NCBI GenBank assembly: GCA_964036045.1
Contig: OZ038379.1
Coordinates: 22,568,001-22,632,000 of the forward strand
DNA: 64,000 bases
Source: Eutreptiella sp. 'Long Island Sound 2002'
Lineage: Eukaryota; Protista; Euglenida
Direction: 5' to 3'
The notes under the pieces are model-generated. The model was not told the DNA's origin. It did not search any database and saw only the letters and a program-made list of their open reading frames with translations. Shown here in pieces: positions 9,976 to 20,411 of the stretch. How positions within the stretch are numbered: the first letter of the stretch is position 1; every line of letters starts with the position of its first letter. The position numbers were made by a program, and so were the translations under genes.

Positions 9976-12669
9976 AGAGGTGTTTTTGCTGCCCATTTTG
10001 TGCCTGTTGTATGCCTTGTTCTTATGTGTGCCACTTGGAGCCTTTGGAAGGAGGTTGCCCACCAAGAGGGGAAATGGTCCAGTGGGTGTCCAAGACCAAG
10101 TGAAAACTCGCCCAGGCAACCTCCTCACACCCCGTGGTGTCAACACACCGTCCGGATATACCTACGAAAAGGGGGTGTTTTTTGGGGGGGGGGCTGGTAT
10201 TTCACCACCTGAGGGTACATCATGTTGGATGTGAAGGTCTTCCATGTGATACAAGGCCCCTGTATGTCTTGTCACCTGGATCAGAATCCCTGGTTCCTCC
10301 CGCCAACATCCCCACGGCCTCTTCTTCCCCGTTGTCGTTTGTTTGCAAACATTCCCAAACGAATCATAAATCAGAAGGCGCATCAGGTGCTTATGAAAAA
10401 CACAAGACATTCCAAAAACGAAAATCACACACAAAGCATATTAACAAGCTTTGTAAGCCCCACCAATTTTGCGACACCCCGACCCGGCTGAAGATCGAAG
10501 CAACAAGAGTGCAAGAAATGCACCGCACTGAATGGCACAACACCAGGGTTGCAAGCATAGGCAGCACAGGTTCTCTTGCCGTATGGGTTTACTATTTTGG
10601 TGACGCAAGGGGTGCGCCCAAATGGTCCGCGCATATGTCAAAACCAATGTGGTGTTGGCTTCACATGCCGGACTAATGGGTTACCACCACCAAAAGGTGG
10701 AAGGAATGCGATGCGGTGTGTGCCGATAAGCATTCGGTTGCACCGCCAACATTTTCTCCTCAACTTACAACATTCCGTGACCACAAAAACCCCTTGATCA
10801 CAAGCATGCACGCCCGTTTTTAGACTTGTTATAGTTGTAGCTATAAGGTGAGTGCAACTCACAGCTACGAGCCGGGGTAGTCGAATCTCAAGATGAGATT
10901 CGATCATCGGCAATAGGAGATCATTCTGACGTGGCAAATTAAGCGGGTGCACGAGTTGGGTGGTACCGTTTCTAAGAACTAGTTGCTAAGAGATGTCTGA
11001 GCCCTCATGAGTTGCAACTCCCCCCATGCCCCACCCAACTCATACATAGGAATAACAGAAAGGTGGTTGCAAATCATGGCCCCGTGCAAGATGCAAGGTG
11101 TAGATGTGTGTCGGAGGAAATCATGTCGTCACTCTTTTTGAAGCTTTGGTTTCACGGAGGAACGTTAGTTTCCGAACGTCTAAAGCCATAAAAAAACACC
11201 CGCCAAATAGCTACGACTCGCCCCCACGCGGAGCAAGAGTCGTCCCATCGCCTACGTCCGTACACCAACTAGTTGTAGACGGGAAAATTGCATTCAGTGT
11301 GGCCATGGCATTGACTCATCCAAAAGATTGAGTGATGATCATGTACAAGAACCCGCTTGGTCCCTTGCATTTGCCGCACTTGACAATGACCCCGCATGGG
11401 CGAACTAGCGGTTTTGCTTTATTTGTGAATGGCAACCATATCCCGTGTTGGTTTGTGCACCATGCTTTCAAAGTGGGCATGATCATGTTGATGCGCGTGC
11501 AAACAAGCGTGGAACCCATAACAACCTAGATGTTAGAGACAAAATGTAGGCATGCACACAAAGAGAATAAACAACATTGAAAATGAACCAGAAGGATTGG
11601 TTGCACGCAAACCTTTTTGAAAAAGGATGAGCGTGATTGTAGTCAAGGTGTGATTTGTTGCCGCTACTCGTTGGGACAAAAAGCCGGGACCGTTGCGTGC
11701 CGGAATTTCATGTGTCGGGATACTTGAATTCACCGGGGGCGTGACGAGAAGCCGCAAGAGGAACCACACGCCAATGAGGGTTGAGTACACGTTGATTAGG
11801 TTGTTCGCAGTAATTTGAATGACATCTGGACGCTCAGACAAGTGAGGGTTAGCGACACACGTCACGATCGCTTTTCACATCAGTCGTCGCGCCTTTGATT
11901 AGTCGGAAGGGTGTACCGTGGAACTTCCAAAGTTGGCCTACAAACTCTCGCACACGACTGAGGTGCTCGGTACAAAAATGCACGACAGCAACCACGACGG
12001 GAGGCCCATCGCAAACGTTCCATTTCATGCATGATTTCATCTTTCGGGACCCAATCGGCACCACGCATCTTACACGAGCACGCTCAAAATCACAACGCCA
12101 ATCACATTGGCATGAAGCCGATTGCGCCATGTCTCATGGCTTCATCATTGGATCCGATGGGTTTCTCCCGTGTCCCGAACCAACTTTGTCTTAGGTTTTC
12201 CAAACGTTCTTCAAACTATGCGAACGACCGAATCAAGGTGTACTCAACCCGAACGGCCGCCTCGTTCCTCTCGTGGCGCAGGCCCGCCTCTCGTCAAGCT
12301 CCCGATGAATTAGTTTTTAGTTGCATTATAAATTGTTAGATTCGCGTACATGTTGTGCACGGAGTGTGCGCATCGTGTGCAATTAGGTTAAGATTACCCG
12401 AGGGCGGGTCATTGGCATCTAGCTACCTTCTAGCACGATCTTTCTCATCAGTAGTTGTCAGCGCACCGCGACTGGCACACCGCGACGGAACCCGACACTA
12501 CGCTACCGAGGTAACAAGAAGGTCGCCAAATTGGGTTGGACGCGGGGCAACAAAGGGTGATTGCCCCCGTCTCATTTTGGAATTTTGCGCCATCGGTATT
12601 GTGTGTGTGGGTATCATTGTTTCGCATTTTGTGAATGATGAAGGGCGGCATCGACCACAACTCCTCGTG

Positions 12670-12697
12670 AACATCCGTTCTTTTTCGTCTCACTTAG
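12670..12697 (+). promoter_or_regulatory. Pyrimidine tract + AG just upstream of the NUBP2 ATG (probable spliced-leader trans-splice acceptor)
   Basis: CCGTTCTTTTTCGTCTCACTTAG lies 6 nt before ATG 12704. The trans-splicing interpretation depends on the inferred euglenozoan origin. Confidence 0.5.
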
Positions 12698-12703
12698 TTC
12701 ACG

Positions 12704-13807
12704 ATGGCCGATGACGCTCAACACTTAACCCAAGTTAAACGTATCGTGCTTGTCTTGAGCGGAAAGGGCGGTGTGGGGAAGAGCACGGTATCATGCCAAA
12801 TGGCCTTGAGTCTCGCCCTCGCCGGCCACCGTGTTGGAATTCTCGACGTGGATATTTGTGGACCGAGTGTCCCTAAGATTTTGGGGGTGGAAGGCGCGGA
12901 GGTGCAGCAAACAGCTCAAGGTTGGGTTCCCGTGCCCGTGCCGCTCGAAGGTGACCGCAAAGGGCACTTGAGTACCATTTCCATCGGATTTATGGTTGGC
13001 CCGGATGACGCAATCGTGTGGCGCGGCCCGCGAAAGAACGCAATGATCAAGCAGTTTTTCACGGATGTGCTATGGGGGGTTCTCGATTACCTCATCATCG
13101 ACACGCCTCCGGGCACGAGCGACGAACACGTCGCGACCGTTGCAAACCTTATGCCCTTCAATCCGTCTGGCGCAGTGATGGTCACCACTCCCCAGGTGTT
13201 CACCTCCGGACGCGTCCGCCCGACCGACTGCTTATTGTCCGCCTCGATGAAATCCAAACCTGGGTTGCGGGCGGTCAGGGTAACCGTGAAACTTGCATCC
13301 CGTGAGTGCAATTATTTTTGATGCACTTGCACATGCATGTGCAGGAAGCGTGTCAAATGCATCTTTGTGCCCCACCGGCGCAGAACATGTTTGCATTGTG
13401 AGTGCTACATTGTGACCTCCCTCCCTCCTTCCACATCTCGTCCCCATCCCTTGCTCTTTGCCTGGCCACCACAGGACGTGTCAGTTGATGATGTTAAGAA
13501 GGAGCTGGATTTCTGTAACAAGGCTGGGCTTCGGGTGTTGGGGATTGTGGAGAACATGTCGGGGTTTGTGTGCCCGCATTGCGAGGAATGCACCTACATC
13601 TTCTCCAAAGGAGGGGGTGAGAAGCTTGCGCAAAGCCAAAACATCACCTTTTTGGGACGGGTGCCGATCGACCCGCAGTTGGCGGAGTGCGAGGACGAAG
13701 GCAAGAGCTTCACTTCCGCATACGTCGGCAGCCAGTCCGCTGTCGCGCTGCAGAGCGTCATCCAAGGCGTGGTTGGCAGCATCGTGACGGCGGAGACAGC
13801 GCAGTGA
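12704..13807 (+). CDS. NUBP2: Cytosolic Fe-S cluster assembly factor NUBP2/Cfd1; join(12704..13195,13475..13807), ~274 aa
   Basis: SGKGGVGKST P-loop, DVDICGPS, WRGPRK, DYLIIDTPPGTSDEH, VTTPQ|DVS, GIVENMSGFVCPHC. No N-terminal four-Cys ferredoxin extension, so Cfd1 rather than Nbp35. Phase-0 GT-AG intron 13196-13474. Confidence 0.95.
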
Positions 13808-15049
13808 AGTCCATTTCGAGCGGGGCAGACATTTGTCACACCAGGGTCTTTTGAGTGCAGCTCTGGGATGTGTGCGGTACATTCCTGACAGGAATGTGCC
13901 CGCGATAAGCCGCAGAACTTACGAGCAGCCACGTAAGGTCTGAGTGGAAGGCTTGGGCATAAGTGTGACATGTTGACTGGCTTATATATGGTGTGGTTCG
14001 CCGGTTTCGAAGACGACCGCACATGTACAAACCTACAGAGTCTCACATGTTTTCCCCTTTTGGGGAGCTAACCTTTGGATTTTTTTTTGGTCGTCGAGCC
14101 CTTGTGCATAGGGAAGGGGTGCAGCTCAGAGTGCAGATGGTGCCTTGCCTGCCAACTTGACCCAGTCCAGCAGGGGGTGGCATATTCGGGCCTACATCAC
14201 TTTGATGCCGCCTTTGGTGCCGCGGTTTCTGGTGCCAGATCTTTTTTCTTCTACGTTGCACCGTTCGTAGGAGTTGAGGGCGTGCATCAGGGCATCAGGG
14301 CAGGGGTGTGCCCTGTGCCCTGCCCCTTCATCGAAGCCGGCCAGGCTGTAATCTCCAATTTTCAGGTTGGATGGCGCTGACGGTGAATGCGAGAATTTCG
14401 GCCTCTGTGGGTACCCCGCATTTCCCCGCATATTAGACCAGTAGCAGGAGGACTGTGCCTCAGACTGGCACCATACTGCACAGCTACAAGCAAGTGAGAG
14501 CTGGGATTGGCAGTCAGCACTTAATCCATAGCCCTGTTTCAAGTGTACTGAGAGAGGTTGACCTTATCTCCCCCTCTCCTTCACACACACACAAATGGAG
14601 GGTGCACCCGGCAATCTACAGGAACAGGGTAGCCCGTATTGAAGTCCGTTGAAAGCTAACCATCGATGCAGTTGCTGACACCACCTGCTGCATGCTGAGA
14701 ACCTGCGGCATCTGTTTTGTGGCAGTTGGATGGACATTTGGCCCTTTGTTGAGAATGGCCAAGAGCAGGCCAGACCAGACTGGTTTCGGTCCAAAGTTTT
14801 CTGCTTTGAATGCAACATGTTTGCTCTGTGTTCATGTGTGTTGCTGCTTGCCGCAACGCAATCCCCGCAACCATCAATAGCTACATGCTTCAAGTTGGCC
14901 AAGAGCAAGGATATGTGTGTCAGTGGGCAGTCTGCGGAGGAAGTAACAGAACCAGCCCTACAGGGGCAGGTTAGGGTTAGACCTAACCCTAACCCAATCA
15001 AGACTGAACATTGGGACCGGGCTAGCGGGGAAGGGAACATCAACGAAGG

Positions 15050-16640
15050 GGCTCAATAAGGATGCACGTTGAGGGACACCAAGAATGATTCCCGCCATTT
15101 ACCCCATAGCAATCCCCCAAACCCTCACTCGCTTGCTTCGCTTGCTCGAGAGACATGCCCCCCCCAGCACTCCTCCTGCACCCCTCACCTATCATCCCCC
15201 CCTCCCCTGCACAATCTCCCAAGACCCTCGTTGCACTACAGTGTCGGTCAAGAAATTGTCCATTTCAAGGCTTTTTTTGAACTTCCATGGGCTCATATGG
15301 GTCCAAAATGGATCAAAATAGTGGGAAACAAATTATTTGAGCACCCAAGCGCGGTCTAGGAACAATTTTGGATAAAACATGTTTGACCACTTTTCGACCC
15401 ACTGGTGACCACCACAACCCTACCCTAGCGCGTGCACTGTGCGCGTTGCACCACTCCAATAGGGCACTAAAGGGTGTTGACTGTGCGGAAAAAGGTTGGA
15501 AGTGCTCCCCTTCATCATTTTTTTATCACCACAAGGGTGCCCTACGCAATTTATGTAATTCAAACACAACACGCTGACCCAGAACCCCCCCCCCCCCCAA
15601 TATGCACTGCCGGTCGTAAAATTGCCCATTTCAACATGTTTTGGGAACTTGCATGGGCCAATCTGGGTCGTGCTTCGGATTCAACTGAAAATTTCGTGGA
15701 TGATACCTATGGGTGCCAGGGACAACCAGCGTGCACGGTGCATGAGCTACAGTAGCTAGCACCTGTGGGACCAAAAGTCATCAAAAAGGATTTTTTCCAA
15801 ATTTGTTCCTAGATCACTTGGGGTGCCCAAACAAGTGGTCTAAGGGTATTTTGAACAGAATGATGATTTTGCCCATTTCGCATGTTCTTGCCCGCTGCTT
15901 GCTTGCTGCTGCTTCCTTGCTGCCAAACCTGGTAGGTCCACCCTAAACCCTAAAGAGGATGCTAAAACCAAGCTTGGTTCCACCAGCTCGCCGACCCTCA
16001 CCCTAGGTTGTGCACCAATGGTGGTCCTTAAGGGTGGTCCCTCGAAAAGAGAAAGAGAGAGTCCCAGAGGGCCCTCCGGCCTGCGGTTGTCTCCGCTCCC
16101 CATGTGCCCTCACATTGTACCTAACAATCGAACCCTAACCGTACCCTGACTCTAGGCTCTATCTCTAATCAAGAATGAATATTGGGACCAAGCTGGTGGG
16201 AGAGGGAAAATCAGCTACAGGGCTGAATACGGATGCAGTTGAGGGACCCCAAGAACAATTCAAGCCACTGCCTCCCCTGCCACCCCTGTCCCACCATCAA
16301 AACCGTTCCTCGCCCGCTTTCCTCGCTCGAGAGACATGCCCCCTAGCACTCCCCCAAGCACCTTGCCTGCAACCCCCCCTCCCCCCCCCCAAACCCTCCC
16401 CCAAACCCTTCCTCGCTTGCTTCGCCCGCTCGAGATACAACACCCCCCCCCCGCGCATTCCCCCGGAACCCCATTATAGTGCATTTTCAGTCTGAAAATT
16501 GCCCATTTCAAGGCTTTTTGGGAATTTGCATGGGCTGATATGGGTAAACCACGTGTTTGAGCTGAGTGTGGCAACAATTAATTTTGGAAGAAATGATTTT
16601 TGACCACTTTTGGATCATCATGTGACCCCCGTAACACGAC
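15050..16640. repeat. Imperfect direct-repeat family (copies ~15050-15480 and ~16220-16640; shared sub-block also at ~15617-15670)
   Basis: Repeated blocks GGATGCA..TTGAGGGAC.CCAAGAA, CTCGAGAGACATGCCCC and AAATTGCCCATTTCAA..TTTT.GGAA.TTGCATGGGC. Confidence 0.75.
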
Positions 16641-17366
16641 CCATCATGGTAACTCATGAAGAGGTGCCCGCGCGGATGGAGGGGCAAGGCACTTTGTCCA
16701 TGGGTTGAAGTCGTAAATGTGATATCTTTTCATTCAATACACACAAGCCAAATGTCACAATGCGGCTTGTGCCCGAGGCCATGTATTCTGGCGCCCAAGA
16801 ATTACTTAGAGCTTATGATCTCTTAAGAGAAGCCCGAGGAAATTGCTAGTTGAAAACTCCCAATCCAACGGGCACTTGGTGGTTGACACATTGATTTTTG
16901 CGGCCCCTCATGGGGCCTTTCTCCTTTCTCTTCTTGCAGTCTTGGGGTTCCGATGATAGGGTATTTAGGGGTTCAAGGGGGGTGCCCTCAGCGCAGTGTG
17001 CACGCAGTGCAACTATTTGGGCGTCGAGCCGTACTAGAAACCCACACATCGTGATACTAGGGGCATCATTGTTGTTTGATAATAGGTATTTTGATGCTTC
17101 TTCCGCATTGGGGATATGGCAGATTTGGTTTTTCACCCAATTTCACCCATTTTCACCTTTTTTCACCCTTTTTCACACACTACTGGGGTGCTCACTAAAG
17201 GGCTTCAATTTGGTTGTCCTCTTTTTTGACACCATAGTATGGATGGATGAGGCTGTGGACGCTACGGTTACCCTTGATGTTCGAGATTTCTAGGTTGTTC
17301 CCAAGGGGCAGACCGTAGCATAGATGTTGAGGATGTGTACCCCTGCCCCCCCATGTACAACGGATG

Positions 17367-18123
17367 CCGTGTCCAATGAACACTTCCGTTCGGACCGTAT
17401 TTTTTTAGGACATAATTAATTGCGTGTTGAATTATGTACTGGACTTCACAATCGAGGTTTTCAGGCTAAAGGATTGGGAAAATGAGGGGTTGTAGTGAGT
17501 AGCCATGGGTATATTTGTAAAGCAGGCTATGAGGGAATGGTGTCCCTCAACTGCAGGACCTCTATTGCCCACCATGACGGATTCTTTGCTTGCACTTGGC
17601 CGGGGGGTGCTATCCAAGTGGTACCACAGTGGTGAGCTTGTAGAAGCCACGATTCTTGGGCCTTCCACGGAAGGAGATGACTTTGTACGCCCGAAGTACA
17701 CAAGGAATGGGCGTGACTATGAGAACCTATCAGCCCCTCCTAGTGCTATGCAGTTCCATTTGCGCTCGCCATTGCCGATGTCATCAGCATCATCGGAGGG
17801 GACACCACAGCCCCCTTCTCTCGGCTGCACCACCTCTCCCCCATCATGTCCTTCACTTCCACCTGGTTGGGAGCAACTCAAACCCCCAATGGACGTGTGT
17901 TCTATGTGAATCACACCAAAGGAAAACCAATGGGAGGAACCTCCCCCGGCATATTGGAGGCCTCCATCGCTTTGTGCTTTGAATGGGCTGGGTGTCTTGT
18001 GCCTAGCGATGTGTTTCCGTTGTTTCGCAATATCGTCGCACTGAACGGCGTGTCCAACAAACACTCCCGTCCGGACCGTATTTTTTGAGGACAAAATTGT
18101 TCAATGGACACGGGGGGGGGGGG
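17367..18123. mobile_element. Non-autonomous TIR element carrying a frameshifted WW-domain gene fragment
   Basis: Inverted ends CCGTGTCCAATGAACA / TGTTCAATGGACACGG plus a G-run, and a subterminal ~40-bp direct repeat (GGACCGTATTTTTT). Internal [27 protein letters not shown] across two frameshifts (17856-17945). Confidence 0.65.
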
Positions 18124-18700
18124 TGTATTGTGTTCTGGTGCTGTATTGGAGGATGAGGATGAGGTTAGTGGTTATGAGGATTTGGATCATATAGCCTTGC
18201 AAGTCACAAGTGTAGCTGTAAGCAGCTCAGAGCCTGTGACCCACCCTCACGCAATTCCTCTAACCTAGCCCCATTCCTTGAACTCCTCTGCCCCCATTCC
18301 TCGCCCTAAGTTTAAGTATGATGCCGATTCGGCATTCTTGAGGGCACTTGCGAAGGGGGGGCTGCATAAGTGGACCGTTGTGGAGTTTCAAGCTGGATGG
18401 CCTAATTTTGAGGGCGTTTGGAAAGGGTGTCTCTCTTCTGGGGGTTATTTAGTCTAAAAGTAGCGCGCAGTGCGTGCGCTAGTGCAAGGATTCCCCCAAG
18501 GAAAGGAAGTTTCTTGACCTTGATGATGGCCCATGTGCCCCTAATCCTGCACATCCTGCTGTTCCAGTACAGCTTCGGATGCATTCGGTTGGTGATGGTC
18601 GTTGTTAACTTCTAGACTTTTGGGTATTTGGGATGTTGCGGATGCCTCCTGGATGCCGACCACAGCGACAATCTACCCCCCCCCCCCCTTGTATAAGCTA

Positions 18701-20411
18701 TACCCCTGAGCCTGTATGACAACATTGCGCCCACGTGGCAGGGGGTGTACCTTGAGGGGGTGCACCGACTGTTGTCGCCACCAACGGCGGCTTAGCCGCA
18801 GTACGCGGGTCCAGAGTTGGGGCGATGGATGTTCAATTGGGTAACGCGGATAATGCTGCTGTATATGCAGCACAAGCGGCGACATGAGCCGCGACATCCA
18901 CCGGAAGTGTGGCAGACGTTTGGGCAGCTGTTTCTGCCAAAATGGGATCGGGATTTTATACGCCGCGCCCTGTGGCGCAAGTTGCCGCTTGGCACGCGCA
19001 TGGAGAGGTTGGGGGGTAAGCTGTGTCCGTTGGATGGGAGGGTGGAAGACCACGAACACGTTTTTCGCCATTGTATGTTCGGCGCCTTTATGCAGAGCAC
19101 AGTGCGAAAGGCGTTTGGGCTGGTGGAGTCGGGGGGGGTGCAGGTGGAGCCCAGTCGGCTATTGAGGGACTTCCCACTGCTTTCACTGACCTCCACCCAG
19201 GGTTTGTTGCTGTGGGCGGGGCTAAAGGCTCAATGGAACCTTCGGTGCCGGGCGAAATACCAGCACCAACCAGCAACGCTGGACGAGTTTATTGCAGGGT
19301 GGGCAGGGGTGCTGCGGCGCTGGCGCGCCGAGTCCAACATGTCTGTACCCCGTCGAGATTTGTTTTTATTCATCAAGATTCTGGATGGGTGGTTTGACAA
19401 CCCGGCAATGCCGGGGATCTTCCAGGGGCCACCCCAGCAGCCAACCACAGTCGGCGGGAAACCACAGGTGGATAAGCTGCAGGCGAAAGAGGAGAAGTGG
19501 GGGGCGTACAAAGCCAAGGTGGTGGCAGAGCTGGAGGCGATGGCTGGGGAGGGGTGGACAGTGGTCTACACGGACGGTTCAGCGAAAGTGGTCCGGGGCT
19601 GGGCACAGGCAGGGTTTGGGGCTTGGTACGGACCAAATGCCCTGCGTAATGCCTCTGATTTTGTCCCCCTGGGGGAGAAGCAAAGTGTGAGCAGGGCAGA
19701 ACTCAGGGGAGTTCTGCACGCGGTACGCGGTCGGCAGTGGGGAGAGCGCATGGTAGTGGTGTTGGACTCAGAGTATGTATACAAAGGGATCACACAGTGG
19801 TCCAGCAAGTGGCAGCGCCACCAGTGGAGGGTGTCAGGAAGGGACGTGGAGCACAAGGACCTGTGGATTGCGGTCCTGGCGGAGCGGGAGCTCGCAGGGG
19901 ACCGACTCCAAGTGTGGTGGGTGCCGTCCCACCTGGGAGTGGTGGGGAATGAACAGGCTGATCAGCTGGCAGAACAAGGGAGGCTGTTGCATCCTTACAA
20001 TGCAGAGTCCCCCCCAAAACGACGTCGGCTGGAGCAGCAGTGGGAGGAGTTGGGGCTCGAGGAGATGTCTTCAGGGGAGGGGGAAGCCAGTGACAGCGGC
20101 CATTCGTTTACCACAGGAAGCCTGCTTGGGGAGGGGGAGTCATTAGGGACGTCTACGAGTTCGGATTCACAGGGGTGGGCGGAAAGTGAGGACTACAGTA
20201 CGGATGTCAGTGACAATCCCAGGAAGAGGGGCAGGAGGGCCGAACCATCTGTGCTGGCGCCTGGCGGCGCCTTCCTGGACTTCTGAGCACATTGTGTTGG
20301 CGCCTGACGGCGCCGTTTCCGACATTGGCCAGCGGCTTCGCCGCATGATACATGTTGAGGGCATACGTCTGTCGGTGGGGACGTAATGCTGGACTTTCCA
20401 CCGCTCTGCAG
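18701..20411 (+). mobile_element. 5'-truncated non-LTR retrotransposon (zf-RVT + RNase H), flanked by 8-bp duplication ATAAGCTA
   Basis: ATAAGCTA at 18693-18700 and 20412-20419; contains ORF 18817-20286. Confidence 0.85.
18817..20286 (+). CDS. LINE ORF2 C-terminal part: zf-RVT-like zinc finger and RNase HI domain
   Basis: ALWRKLP...CPLDGRVEDHEHVFRHC; YTDGS, SRAELRG, LDSEYV, HKDLW, WVPSHLGVVGNEQADQLA. In-frame TAG just upstream and no RT domain. Confidence 0.88.
   Translation: MGRWMFNWVTRIMLLYMQHKRRHEPRHPPEVWQTFGQLFLPKWDRDFIRRALWRKLPLGTRMERLGGKLCPLDGRVEDHEHVFRHCMFGAFMQSTVRKAFGLVESGGVQVEPSRLLRDFPLLSLTSTQGLLLWAGLKAQWNLRCRAKYQHQPATLDEFIAGWAGVLRRWRAESNMSVPRRDLFLFIKILDGWFDNPAMPGIFQGPPQQPTTVGGKPQVDKLQAKEEKWGAYKAKVVAELEAMAGEGWTVVYTDGSAKVVRGWAQAGFGAWYGPNALRNASDFVPLGEKQSVSRAELRGVLHAVRGRQWGERMVVVLDSEYVYKGITQWSSKWQRHQWRVSGRDVEHKDLWIAVLAERELAGDRLQVWWVPSHLGVVGNEQADQLAEQGRLLHPYNAESPPKRRRLEQQWEELGLEEMSSGEGEASDSGHSFTTGSLLGEGESLGTSTSSDSQGWAESEDYSTDVSDNPRKRGRRAEPSVLAPGGAFLDF

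Noticed and set aside
10130-12340. Multiple overlapping ORFs upstream of NUBP2
   Set aside because: No domain motifs and no consistent splice structure found.
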